Below, piece after piece: positions 1 to 8,487 of a DNA stretch of 42,616 nt (the stretch's first letter is position 1; every line of letters begins with the position of its first letter). This stretch comes from Chlamydiota bacterium (GTDB lineage: Bacteria > Chlamydiota > Chlamydiia > Chlamydiales > SM23-39). The stretch is from NCBI GenBank assembly GCA_038534095.1, contig JBCAXK010000009.1:1-42616 (forward strand), read 5' to 3'. The notes beneath the pieces are model-generated. The model saw only the letters and a list, made by a program, of their open reading frames with translations. It did not search any database and was not told the DNA's origin. A program made the position numbers and the translations under genes.

Positions 1-135
1 TTTTCAGATCAACACGATCTTCCAGTGGAATTCATAGACACGCCTGAATGGGAGAGAATCATGAACTTGGCCAAAGACGTATTGAAAGAGTTCGATTATA
101 AAAAAAGCTCTAGATTTGTAATAGACAAGACTTGA
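1..135 (+). CDS. 3' end of a hypothetical protein, truncated by the window edge (FSDQHDLPVEFIDTPEWERIMNLAKDVLKEFDYKKSSRFVIDKT*)
   Basis: Frame 1 is open from base 1 to TGA 133-135. The TPEWxxIMxxAKxVLxxFxY ending resembles small chlamydial hypothetical/immunity-like proteins (recalled, not searched). The last codons overlap the IS end at 117. Confidence 0.55.
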   Translation, partial: FSDQHDLPVEFIDTPEWERIMNLAKDVLKEFDYKKSSRFVIDKT

Positions 136-267
136 TCGTACAGTCGTTCGCTATCTGACGCTTGGATCTGTTATGTTCTTTTTGTCGAACAGTTTAGCTT
201 GTGCAAGTGGTTTGGACTCTTCAAAAGTCTGCATATGGGTTTTTTCATAACAGTACCTCCCATTATA
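117..267 (-). mobile_element. IS481-family remnant: right terminal inverted repeat plus the last ~38 codons of the transposase
   Basis: Minus strand reads YNGRYCYEKTHMQTFEESKPLAQAKLFDK..., like the ISSod13-type C-terminus (H-S/Q-G-R/K-Y-C-Y-G-K-T-P-M-Q-T-F), stop at 151-153. Bases 117-144 (TGTAATAGACAAGACTTGATCGTACAGT) resemble an IS481 TGT... terminus. Confidence 0.7.
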
Positions 268-296
268 ACAGGGCGTTCTGACAAGCAAGAGTTGAT

Positions 297-776
297 GCAT
301 CATCAGAGGTGCACATTTTTGTAAGAAAACCCTTCTTGAAAGCGACAGAAATCCGCCGCAAAAATCGGGTTCTTGCAAAAAAAAATGTCTTTTTGCATCG
401 AAAGGCTGTCTTGGAAAAAATTTCGGGAAAGGAGCATGGGGTGACCTCAATTCGGGTGATTGAAGAAGGGCAGCCGCGGATTTATTCTGTAAATGGGGTG
501 TTTTTAGCCATTGGATCCAAGCCAAATACAGAGCTATTCACAAAACAGCTGCGCCTAACAGCTTCTAGGTACATTGCTACTGATTCGACGCAAGAAACCT
601 CTAAAAAAGGGGTCTATGCGATTGGTGATATTGTGGATCCTATCTACCAGCAAGCAATTTGCGCGGCGGGAGATGGAGCAAAAGCGGCGATCAATATTCA
701 ACAAAGTTTGGACAAGGATCTTGTAGCTACCGAAAAATGGGAGCGTTCTAAACGAGGGAAAGAGACTAGCTACTGA
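297..776 (+). pseudogene. trxB: 5'-truncated thioredoxin reductase (C-terminal half only)
   Basis: Motifs GVFLAIGSKPNT, TSKKGVYAIGDIVD and QQAICAAGDGAKAA are present. An in-frame TGA lies at 279-281, and the N-terminal FAD-binding GxGxxG and the CxxC are absent. Confidence 0.8.
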
Positions 777-889
777 CTCTGCAAAAACTTTGATCACGGA
801 GAAAAGTTCCCTTCTGCCATAAAAGATTGGGAAGTAAGAGATGCTTAAGGTAAGATGATGCTGAGTTTTCTTGTACGCGCAAAAACTCC

Positions 890-1441
890 TTGGATACGCC
901 CTTGAACAGTCTCCCTTTTCGCCTTTCATCGTCTATAGAAAATATCTATTTGCCAGCTGGCATGTCTTTGACGAAAACTCCTAAAAAAGAAGCGGAAAAT
1001 GCGTCCTACGAGGCCTACGCCTTTGCGCTGAATGACCTTCCTATCTTGTTTAGAGTGGGAAAAATCACGCCCAAAAGGACCGGGCATTTTGTCGCAATCT
1101 ATGAGAGAATGGGAAGCAAGATTGTTCCAATCGATGTAAAGGCGTGTGGGGTAGCTTTTTTGATTGTAGATGTCGTGGATCTTCAGAATGAAGAGCGGGG
1201 GCAATTTGTGTTTCCGCAAAAGACTTTGGTAGAAAAAGGGGTGTTTACGAAAGGCCTTTCTCCTGAAGAAAGAATGAAGAGGAAACGGGGTAAGCTCTCG
1301 TTTCGCGTGTTTCCTCCCTGGTCCCAGCCTAAGCTCTCTGCGCAAAAAACGGAGGAATGGCAGCGTCCTTTTTTCTTCAAGATTCCTCAAACCGATTCTC
1401 CCGATTACGCGCTCCTTCGGTGTCTTTTTACAGGAAAATAG
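890..1441 (+). CDS. MepB family protein
   Basis: Family pattern EAENASYEAY..FRVGKITPKRTGHFVAIYER..GQFVFPQKTLVEKGVF..GKLSFRVFPPW..AQKTEEWQ; TTG start. Confidence 0.85.
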   Translation: MDTPLNSLPFRLSSSIENIYLPAGMSLTKTPKKEAENASYEAYAFALNDLPILFRVGKITPKRTGHFVAIYERMGSKIVPIDVKACGVAFLIVDVVDLQNEERGQFVFPQKTLVEKGVFTKGLSPEERMKRKRGKLSFRVFPPWSQPKLSAQKTEEWQRPFFFKIPQTDSPDYALLRCLFTGK

Positions 1442-1580
1442 GAAAGTATCTCCTCCGCAGTCGCTTTTTATAGAAGATCTTTTATAATGATTTTCCCTAT
1501 AGAAACAAACTAGAGATTGCTTGCCTTCAAGATGCTAGCCGTTTTCCTAGTGAGTATTGGGATGCAAAATAAGGAAAATA

Positions 1581-2273
1581 ATGGACTGGATTGATTTATT
1601 TGACCTTTTTTTATTCGATTTCGACGGGCTTTTAGTCGATACAGAGTCTCTTCATTATAGAGCGTACCAGGAGTCTTGTGCGCATTTTGGGGAAAAACTT
1701 CTTTGGGATTTTTCCACTTTTTTAGGATATGCGCATGCTTCGTCTGAGGAACTCCAACGCGTCCTAAAAAACGAGCTACCCCAAGTATTTAGACAGGTTT
1801 CTTGGGACGTTTTTTATGAACGAAAAAAAACAAACTACTACAGGTTGCTAGAAGTCGATCCGCCTAAGCTGACAAAGGGAGCTGCGTCTCTGTTGTCTAG
1901 ATTGGAAAAAGAGAAGAAAACGGCCGTGATTGTCACCCACTCTCCGAGAGCGCATGTTCTTCGCCTTATCGGCAAAGAGCCCATTTTACAAACCATCACT
2001 ATGGTCGTAACCAGGGAAGATTATGAGCGCCCCAAACCCTTTCCTGACAGCTATCTTTGCGCTATGGAGAGATTCCCAGAAAAACGCCAGGTGGTGGGGT
2101 TTGAAGATAGCTTTCGTGGCTTAGAGGCGCTGAGTCAAGTTGCGTTAGTGCCTGTATTTATACAAAAAAGGAGCTATCCTCTTTGGAGCATGGCGCTCTC
2201 ATTGAATCCCGTGTACGCCCCCTCTTTGTCAGAACTTTTCACCGAAAATTTTTCTCATAGAACACGTTCGTAA
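1581..2273 (+). CDS. HAD-superfamily phosphatase (beta-PGM/CbbY-like)
   Basis: DFDGLLVDTE motif I, KPFPD, FEDS. ATG at 1581 with AAGGA upstream. Convergent with truA as in chlamydial genomes. Confidence 0.9.
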   Translation: MDWIDLFDLFLFDFDGLLVDTESLHYRAYQESCAHFGEKLLWDFSTFLGYAHASSEELQRVLKNELPQVFRQVSWDVFYERKKTNYYRLLEVDPPKLTKGAASLLSRLEKEKKTAVIVTHSPRAHVLRLIGKEPILQTITMVVTREDYERPKPFPDSYLCAMERFPEKRQVVGFEDSFRGLEALSQVALVPVFIQKRSYPLWSMALSLNPVYAPSLSELFTENFSHRTRS

Positions 2274-2967
2274 GAAAAAGGCCTTTAGCGGGAGCTGGGG
2301 GAGGGGCCATCTTACGATTGTTGCTTTCTAAGAGTATCTTGAGATGCGCCTCGTTGATCCGATCCTCCAAAAGAACTCCCATAAGGTTGCGCGCCATCTT
2401 GTAAAGAAAACCGCTCCCTTGAAAGATCACAGAGATCCCCCAAGGTTGAGGGAGTAGCGTCACGTTTAGATCACGAACGTAATTCTGCACTGGGGTGCCC
2501 ACATTTGTAAAACTTTGAAAGTCGTGTGTTCCTGACAAAATCGCCGCTTTTTTTTCGGCAAGAGGGAAGTTGAAGCTGCGGACGTGGTGGGAAAAACGGA
2601 ACAAAAGGGGGTCAGCGACCTTCCCAATTTGCGTATAGTAGGTATAGACTTTCCCAAGAGCGCTATACCTCGCATGAAAAGTAGAAGGAACTTCCTCAAT
2701 GTCTATAGCCCGAATGTCGGGAGGCAGGTGATCATTGATGGTAGAGACGGTAAGCAGCTCTCCTATCGAGATAAAATGGGCGGTTTGGCCAAGAGCGTGC
2801 ACGCCAGCATCGGTTCTTCCAGAACCATGGAGCCGAATAGGGGCGCCAGTGAGGCTTGTTAACCCTTTTTCGATCGTTCCTTGTATCGAAGGGCGATGTT
2901 TTTGTACTTGCCAACCATGATACGAGGATCCGTCGTAAGCGACGGTGAGTTTATAACGCTTTTTCAT
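2239..2967 (-). CDS. truA: tRNA pseudouridine(38-40) synthase TruA
   Basis: YDGSSYHGWQ, GSGRTDAGVHA, FHARYSA, GFLYKMARN, APAKGLFL. ATG at 2967 overlaps the end of ispD. Confidence 0.95.
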   Translation of the reverse strand: MKKRYKLTVAYDGSSYHGWQVQKHRPSIQGTIEKGLTSLTGAPIRLHGSGRTDAGVHALGQTAHFISIGELLTVSTINDHLPPDIRAIDIEEVPSTFHARYSALGKVYTYYTQIGKVADPLLFRFSHHVRSFNFPLAEKKAAILSGTHDFQSFTNVGTPVQNYVRDLNVTLLPQPWGISVIFQGSGFLYKMARNLMGVLLEDRINEAHLKILLESNNRKMAPPPAPAKGLFLTNVFYEKNFR

Positions 2968-3616
2968 AGATGGACTGAGCGAGCGCGTAATCAAATGGGG
3001 TTGTTACTTTTAGGTTCCGCTCTTCCCCTTCTACGATTTGGACCTTTCCCCCGATAAGCTCTATGAGTCCCACATCGTCTGTCACAGTTTGCTCGGTTTT
3101 TTCTGCAAGCAATAAGCCCTTTTCTAAGAGGGAAAGCTTTCCGATTTGAGGGGTTTGCATTTCCCATACATCGGCGCGCTCCACCAGTTTTTTTGTGGTT
3201 AGGTTCGCAGTTACCTGCCGAAGCGTGTATTTTGTGCGAAGAGCTAACGTGGCTCCATCAGCATTTTTCCCAGCGCGGATCAGCGCCTCGATTGCTTGCT
3301 TGCTCACAAAAGGCCTAGCTCCATCATGCACAAGGACATGAGTGATCTTTTTAGACACTTTTTGTAGCCCGTTTTTGAGAGAATCTTGTCTTCTAGTACC
3401 AGGCGAAGCAAAGATGAGCGGAACGCTCTTAGAAAAATGACGCCGGTCTTCTTCTCTTGCGACGACGATGTACTCAGAGATTTCTGAAACATGGAAAAAG
3501 GGATCGAGACTTCTTTGCGCAATAGGCTTTCCACCTAAGGGGAGATATTGTTTAGGAACGGGAGCCTTCATACGAAGACCCTTTCCTCCAGAGAGTAAAA
3601 TAAGAGCGATGTACAT
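2951..3616 (-). CDS. ispD: 2-C-methyl-D-erythritol 4-phosphate cytidylyltransferase
   Basis: GGKGLRM..PKQYL, GTRRQDS, VLVHDGARPF, QTPQ, TDD, NLKVTTPFD. Confidence 0.95.
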   Translation of the reverse strand: MYIALILLSGGKGLRMKAPVPKQYLPLGGKPIAQRSLDPFFHVSEISEYIVVAREEDRRHFSKSVPLIFASPGTRRQDSLKNGLQKVSKKITHVLVHDGARPFVSKQAIEALIRAGKNADGATLALRTKYTLRQVTANLTTKKLVERADVWEMQTPQIGKLSLLEKGLLLAEKTEQTVTDDVGLIELIGGKVQIVEGEERNLKVTTPFDYALAQSIYEKAL

Positions 3617-3677
3617 GAGTCAATGTGAAGGCCTACGGTGCAGAGTATATCATAGACCTTCATGGTGATGCTGAAGC

Positions 3678-3935
3678 TTATCCTATATGTTTGCTAATGA
3701 GCTTGGTCATTTCAAACATATTGACTTTGGTTTTTTTTCCAAATACTTTGGCCAGATTTGCGTCTGGAATGATATCCCTTTTATTCTTTTCATCTTGTAA
3801 ACCATGCTTTTTGATGTAAGCCCAAAGGTTTTTTGTTACTTCAGTTCTTGGCATGGGACCTTTACCAACAATCGCTTCGAGTTCTTTGCTGATTGTGAGC
3901 GGGGCCATGAATTTTGATGTTTTCTGTTTTGGCAT
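3678..3935 (-). CDS. Stand-alone SWIB/MDM2 domain protein
   Basis: SKELEAIVG..MPRTEVTKNLWAYIKKHGLQDEKNKR.I.PD..L..VFG..MFEMTKLISKH. ATG at 3935 preceded by GGAG. Confidence 0.95.
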   Translation of the reverse strand: MPKQKTSKFMAPLTISKELEAIVGKGPMPRTEVTKNLWAYIKKHGLQDEKNKRDIIPDANLAKVFGKKTKVNMFEMTKLISKHIG

Positions 3936-4327
3936 TACTGGGGACTCCTTAGCTTTAATATAGCGCGAAGACCAAAGAAATAGTCTCAGGCGCGTGAATC
4001 TTATTGGATCTATTTCCCATGTTAAAATCCCTAAGAACAAAATACAACTTTAATTCTAAGGGAAATAGCTAACCAAGGTTACGGTTAAGATTGGGCGTTT
4101 TTGTTCCTGCTACAGACGTAAAATCTCTAAGTATTTAATCGTAAGTAGAATGTGTTTTTATTCCTCCAGTTTTTTTGCAAAAACTGGGCGGTGATCGGAG
4201 AAAAGAAGATTTGGATAACAGGGCTCTTTTCGAGTATTTTTCTCGTTCTAAAAATCCTTTTTATCTCTCAATTGTGGCTTAGAGTGGCGTGTAGTCAAAA
4301 AAAATAGGAAGATTTATCATATGGGGA

Positions 4328-6481
4328 ATGGAATCTTTGGAATTATGCCGTTTGTTTGCGCTCAAGGAAAAAATTCTAGAAAGGAAGACCTTTCAAGAAA
4401 AACTTTCAGCGCTTAAAGAAGACCTGCACGTGCAAGCATTTTTTGCGGGCGGTTCCTTTTCTCTAGAAGAGGTGTGCGGAGAAAATCTTCATGAAGCTTA
4501 CCTTTGTCTATCGCTTGTTGCCGCAGGACAAGAGCATCTTCTTAAAGAGGGATTCAGGCGCCCTTTTTGGGAAAGCTGGATGGCCTCTTTTGCTGAGATT
4601 GATCAGTTTTATCAAGAAGAAGGGGGAATCATTGGGTACCAGTACCGCGTTGCTCTGATTCAGCAACCTGGGCACGCAGCCAAAGAAGAGTCGATTGCTC
4701 CTCCTCCCGTGATCGATATTTCTGAGGAGTCTTCTTTTGTCAAAGAGCACATCGTTGAAGGGATCTTTGCTTTAGACAAAGTATGCCTTCTTTTGCCTGT
4801 TGGAGGCGCGGCCGATCGCTTGCACTTGGTTGATGAACTGACAGGAGAACCGTTGCCAGCAGGGTGCCTACACTTTTTTGGAGCAACTCTTCTTGAGAAG
4901 CTGTTTTTTGATGTAGAGGGCTTAGAGTATCTGCATTACAAACTGTTTCATAAAACCGTTCGCGTGCCTATCGTGCTGATGAGTTCTCAAGAAAAAAATA
5001 ATCACAACCATATCGCCACGATTTTACAAAAGCGGTCTTTTTTCTCCCGTTCTACCAAAGAGATTCGGATCATTGTACAACCTTCGGTTCCTGTTGTGGA
5101 TGAAAAAGGGCGCTGGTGTTTGAAAAACAGGGGATCTTTGCTCTTAAAACCTTCCGGGCACGGAGCGCTTTGGAAGCAGATGAAAGATAGCGGCGTCTTT
5201 TCTTGGCTCAGCCAATTAGGGGTAACAAAAGCGCTTGTCAGGCAAATCAATAACCCCGTTTCTGCTTACGATTACCCTTTGAGCGCGTTTTTAGGCTACG
5301 GAGCAAAAAACGACGCTGCTTTTGGCGTGATCTCTTGCCGAAGAAAAGAGGGGGCAAAAGAGGGTATGAATGTCGTCAAAAAGCGGCTGATTGATACGAG
5401 AGCTTATCTTCATCTATCAAACATAGAATACTGCGACTTTCAGCGGATAAGGGCGCATTCTTCCAAAAATGTGGAAGACTCTTGTGCGAGGTATCCCGCA
5501 AACACGAATATTTTATTTGTCGACCTTCCTTCGGCAGAAAAAGCGGTCGAAGAAGAGCCCTTTCCAGGATTGCTCCTCAATGGGAAAGAGACAGAGATCT
5601 ATGAAAAAGGGGCCTTCTCCAAGAAAAAAGTCGCACGGTTAGAATCGACGATGCAAAACATTTCTGATCAAATTGTAGAGCCTGGTTCCTCGCTCAAGCG
5701 CAGCTTTGTTTTTTATCACGAGGATCGTTACAAAACGATGTCTACAGCAAAAAAAGCGTTGCAGAAAGCGCGCACGTTTTTAGAAACTCCCGAAAGGTGT
5801 TTTTATGACTGCTTACAGAATCTGCAAGCGCTGTTAGATAGTTGTGGTATTCAACATGTGCCCCTTTTGCCGTTTCCTCTATTCTTAGAGCAGCCCCCTC
5901 CATTTCTTGTGGAGTATCACCCAGCCCTAGGGCCAATGTTTTCAGTCATCCAGCAAAAGATGCGCTTAGGAGCCATGCAAAGGGGAGCTAGCCTTCGATT
6001 AGAGATTGCAGAGCTTTTGTGGCATCGGGTACGTGTAGATGGAGATCTGGATATTCGGGCAGAAAATATTACAGGACATCAAAAAAATGGGGAATTTTTG
6101 TACTCCCATGAAACGGGCAAATGCATTCTTGAAAACGTCTCGATTCAAAATAGAGGGAGAAGGCTTCCTCTTGCAAAGCATGCTTGGGCAAATGGTAGGA
6201 AAGAAGAAAAGAGTAGTGGAGAGTCGCTATCGATTGTTTTAGAGGGAAATGGGGAATTTGTTGCAAAGGGAGTCTTCTTGGAAGGGAATCTTCGTTACAG
6301 AGTCGAGAAAAACAGGAGATTAACACTTGTAGAAGACAATGGCAAGATTGTTGAAAGGTGGGAAAGACTTCGAGAGCACTCTTGGCATTGGGAATACGAG
6401 CTTGGGGAAAATCATGCAATACGAATAGAGCAGAAAAAAAAGAAGCAGCAACACAAGGCTACTGCTTCTTTGAAGACCTAA
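4328..6481 (+). CDS. UTP--glucose-1-phosphate uridylyltransferase, plant UGP3-like long form
   Basis: GGIIGYQ, GGAADRLHLVDELTGEPLPA, KPSGHGALWK, ALVRQINNP, NIEY, YPANTNILFVDL, RLESTMQNISD, YHPALGP; 717 aa. Confidence 0.85.
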   Translation: MESLELCRLFALKEKILERKTFQEKLSALKEDLHVQAFFAGGSFSLEEVCGENLHEAYLCLSLVAAGQEHLLKEGFRRPFWESWMASFAEIDQFYQEEGGIIGYQYRVALIQQPGHAAKEESIAPPPVIDISEESSFVKEHIVEGIFALDKVCLLLPVGGAADRLHLVDELTGEPLPAGCLHFFGATLLEKLFFDVEGLEYLHYKLFHKTVRVPIVLMSSQEKNNHNHIATILQKRSFFSRSTKEIRIIVQPSVPVVDEKGRWCLKNRGSLLLKPSGHGALWKQMKDSGVFSWLSQLGVTKALVRQINNPVSAYDYPLSAFLGYGAKNDAAFGVISCRRKEGAKEGMNVVKKRLIDTRAYLHLSNIEYCDFQRIRAHSSKNVEDSCARYPANTNILFVDLPSAEKAVEEEPFPGLLLNGKETEIYEKGAFSKKKVARLESTMQNISDQIVEPGSSLKRSFVFYHEDRYKTMSTAKKALQKARTFLETPERCFYDCLQNLQALLDSCGIQHVPLLPFPLFLEQPPPFLVEYHPALGPMFSVIQQKMRLGAMQRGASLRLEIAELLWHRVRVDGDLDIRAENITGHQKNGEFLYSHETGKCILENVSIQNRGRRLPLAKHAWANGRKEEKSSGESLSIVLEGNGEFVAKGVFLEGNLRYRVEKNRRLTLVEDNGKIVERWERLREHSWHWEYELGENHAIRIEQKKKKQQHKATASLKT

Positions 6482-6523
6482 AGGAAAAAGCGCACACAAA
6501 AGCCATTTCATCGAAAGAAAGGA

Positions 6524-6904
6524 TTAGTCGTTGTTTTCCTCTTTCTTGCTGCTGCAATAACTGAATGTAATCATAGCCCCTACGCCTACTAGCCCCACAA
6601 TGGCTCCTCCGATTGCGCACGCTTGCTTATTATTCTTAATGAACCTTGCAGCAATTTTGCTCCATTCTCCACATTTCACAGAGCACAATTTACCCCATTT
6701 GGACAAACTAGATCCTAGGCTTTTACAACATTTGCCCAGAGCAGAAGAAATCCGAGAACAAAGCAAGCAGAATTTTTGCCAACAATAAGAAACCTTTTCG
6801 CAAAGAAACTTCCAAGCCTTTTTACTTCCCTCGATAAATCCGCGATAGCAATTGTTGACAGATTCGGGGCAGGTAGATGCTTGAAATCGTTGAACAGCGT
6901 CCAT
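6524..6904 (-). CDS. Small Cys-rich hypothetical protein with a C-terminal transmembrane segment
   Basis: GGAGGT RBS (6911-6916 on the minus strand) before ATG. 12 Cys in 126 aa; hydrophobic ACAIGGAIVGLVGVGAMITFSYC followed by a short charged tail. Confidence 0.8.
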   Translation of the reverse strand: MDAVQRFQASTCPESVNNCYRGFIEGSKKAWKFLCEKVSYCWQKFCLLCSRISSALGKCCKSLGSSLSKWGKLCSVKCGEWSKIAARFIKNNKQACAIGGAIVGLVGVGAMITFSYCSSKKEENND

Positions 6905-7096
6905 GTGTGTACCTCCAAGTGAACGTTGATTAAATAAAAATAAAAATATTTAAGATCAGAATTCTAAAGTTGCTATTGAATTAATGCAAAGATTTTTTAC
7001 ACAATTGCTAGCGAGATTTTAGAAGCCGTTTTTTTCGAAACCAGCTTCAATAGCGCGCTTAATCACTCGGCACTTTTGATGGAAATGAAGTAGACG

Positions 7097-8307
7097 ATGC
7101 TTTATCCGAAGATTAAGAAGGATTACATGTTTTTTATTACACTGCTTCTTTTATCCACGATCGGCTTCATCGTAACAGATGTTTACTTGCCCTCTCTCTC
7201 TTCTATTGTGAGAGAGCTTGCTACGACAAAAGAGCTTGTCCAATTGACGCTCGCCTCCTACCCTTGCCTCCTTTGGGCTTTCACAATTCTATTATGGCCC
7301 CTTCTCAGAAAAAGTAGGGAGAAGAAAAACGGTGATCTATGGCCTTTTGTTCATGATTGTTGGAAGTATTTTCTGTACGCTTGCTCCTAATATTTGGGTC
7401 TTAATTCTAGGACGATTTATTGAGGGAATAGGAGCTGGGTCGGGAGCAGCTGTTTTTCGCGCTATTTTGCGCGATGTTTTTCATGGTGATGAACTGTCAC
7501 AAAAAGGCTCTTACATCGCTGTTGGCACAGCCTTTGCTATGTCTTTAGCTCCAAGCAATTGGTGGTTACATTCAATCCTATTTAGGGTGGCGTTTTAACT
7601 TTGTCTTTATCGCATTTTATACAGCAATCAATTTTGTTATTGTCTGGTTTTTTCTTAAAGAAACGATTCCCGAAATGAATCCTCAAGCAATGCATAAAAA
7701 ACATTTTATGAGAAATTACCTAACGCTCATAAAAAGCCCTGTTTTTATGGGATATGTCGGGTGCGGCGTTGCTGGTTTCGGAGGATTAACGGCGTACCTT
7801 TTTTTAAGTCCGTTTCTTTTTCAAAACGTGCTTAAGCTTTCTTCTATTGAATATGGGTGGCTTGGAATTTTCATTGCGCTAGGCCTTACTCTCGGTGGCT
7901 TGTCCAATAGTTTATTGATCTTCAAAATAGGTCGGCATGAGTTATTAAAATTTGGAACAATGATTCAAGGAGTTGCTGGCTTGATCATGCTGATTTTAGC
8001 GCTTTTTGGGTTGCTCAACGTGAGCGCGATGATGATTCCCATGTTCATCTACATGTTTGGAGGGGGAATCGTTTTCTCAAATGCCTTTGCTGGAGCTTTT
8101 CACTTCTTTTCCTCCATTGCTGGCTACGCGGGAGCTCTATATGGTACTTTACAAATTTTGGGAGGAACCGCTTTTGCGATTGTGATCTCCTTTATTCATG
8201 CTAGTAATCAAATACCACTCGCGCTTATTCTCATTTTTGTTGGGATAGTCAACTTTTTCTTTCAAAGCTTGGGCCGTTCATTTACGCTTAAGTCTGAGAG
8301 TAGATAA
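7097..8307 (+). pseudogene. Bcr/CflA-family MFS multidrug efflux transporter with two +1 frameshifts
   Basis: TDVYLPSL motif. Removing one C at 7261-7263 restores LASFGLSQFYYGPFSEKVGRR; removing one A at 7553-7554 restores APAIGGYIQSYLGWRFNF, joining three ORF pieces into one MFS protein. Confidence 0.9.
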
Positions 8308-8412
8308 TCACATCAAATCGGAAGAAGTTTTCCAGAGCGTCTCTTTTGTATTGAGAGCAAAACTTCTTATGAAATACTCCCTTTCTCGCTAAGTTTCTCT
8401 TTGAAGCCTTTT

Positions 8413-8442
8413 TTGACTTTATCTCATATCTCCATTTAGAAT
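8413..8442 (+). promoter_or_regulatory. Putative sigma66/70 promoter of prfB
   Basis: TTGACT (8413-8418), 18-nt spacer, TAGAAT (8437-8442), 45 nt before the ATG at 8488. Confidence 0.55.
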
Positions 8443-8487
8443 GGGTCTTGGAAATTGATTTGAGCAGAAAAATAAGTAGGAAAGAGC

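Noticed and set aside
151..525. 124-aa minus-strand ORF as a real gene
   Set aside because: Only the last ~38 codons look like IS481 transposase; the rest is the antisense of the trxB fragment.
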